DNA of 64,000 bases from Eledone cirrhosa (lineage: Eukaryota): positions 144,708,001-144,772,000 of the forward strand of contig OZ024743.1 in the NCBI GenBank assembly GCA_964016885.1, given 5' to 3'. The stretch's first letter is position 1; the number at the start of each line of letters is the position of its first letter. Positions 63,495-64,000 of the stretch are shown here, one piece after another. The notes below the pieces were generated by a model that saw only the letters and a program-made list of their open reading frames with translations, was not told the DNA's origin and searched no databases. A program made the translations under genes and the position numbers.

Positions 63495-63790
63495 GGTTTA
63501 GTGGTTAGAATGTTTGGCTCACAATTGTAAGGTCATAAGTTCAATTCCTAGTGGTGGATAGTGTCCTTGAGCAAGAAACTTTACATCATGTTGCTCTAGT
63601 CTACTCAGCTGACAAAAGTGAGTTGTATCTCCAAAGAGCCAGCTCTGCTACACACTGTGTCACACTGAATCTTGCTGACAACTACATTAAGAATGTACAT
63701 ATCTGTGGAATGCTCAGCCACTTGCATGTAAATTACATGAACAGGCTGCTCTATTATTTCAAACAACTGGAACATCCATCACCAGAGCCT
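63495..63790 (+). mobile_element. tRNA-derived SINE with conserved central domain
   Basis: TAGTGGTTAG A-box, GTTCAATTCC B-box, GTGTCCTTGAGCAAGA..CTTT...CTCAGCTG core. Confidence 0.6.
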
Positions 63791-64000
63791 AACAAAATGT
63801 CTAGATTAAAATATTGATGTTATGTTAATTGATGATACATTTGTCATCTCCTAATTAAGAATTTGGTAAATTAAAGACTAGAAATATTAAATGATATTGA
63901 TACAAAATTATATTGCAGCGGTAGAAAAATAATTGAAAATTAAATACTAAAGATAATTGTTTCTACGTTAGGCACAAGGCCAGCAATTACCCAGTGCATT

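Overview
AT-rich, microsatellite-dense eukaryotic DNA. The repeat repertoire (MetaSINE-like SINEs, RTE LINEs with (GAT)n tails, long (TA)n tracts) resembles an octopod cephalopod, but that is inference. The left ~37 kb is a nested transposon graveyard: a Tx1-like LINE end, Neptune-type Penelope-like element (PLE) pieces, a Gypsy pol plus LTR, two nearly intact RTE-clade LINEs, Tc1/mariner and pogo-like elements, and a 12.5-kb composite Helitron with exact A|TC...CTAG|T ends. The right ~25 kb carries 14 hand-spliced, phase-consistent exons of the C-terminal ~470 aa of Mediator subunit MED15 on the minus strand (5' exons lie beyond the window); its introns hold a non-autonomous LTR element, LINE fragments and a second Helitron. 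The most striking unannotated signal is a set of 12 minimal type I hammerhead ribozyme (HHR) motifs (CUGANGA...GAAA-short palindrome-UA). Three lie in a 468-bp tandem array resembling a retrozyme that could yield circular RNA. Eight lie as mirror-image pairs in four fold-back palindromes, one copy split by the Helitron, and one is solitary. All calls were made by eye; no folding or database search was run.
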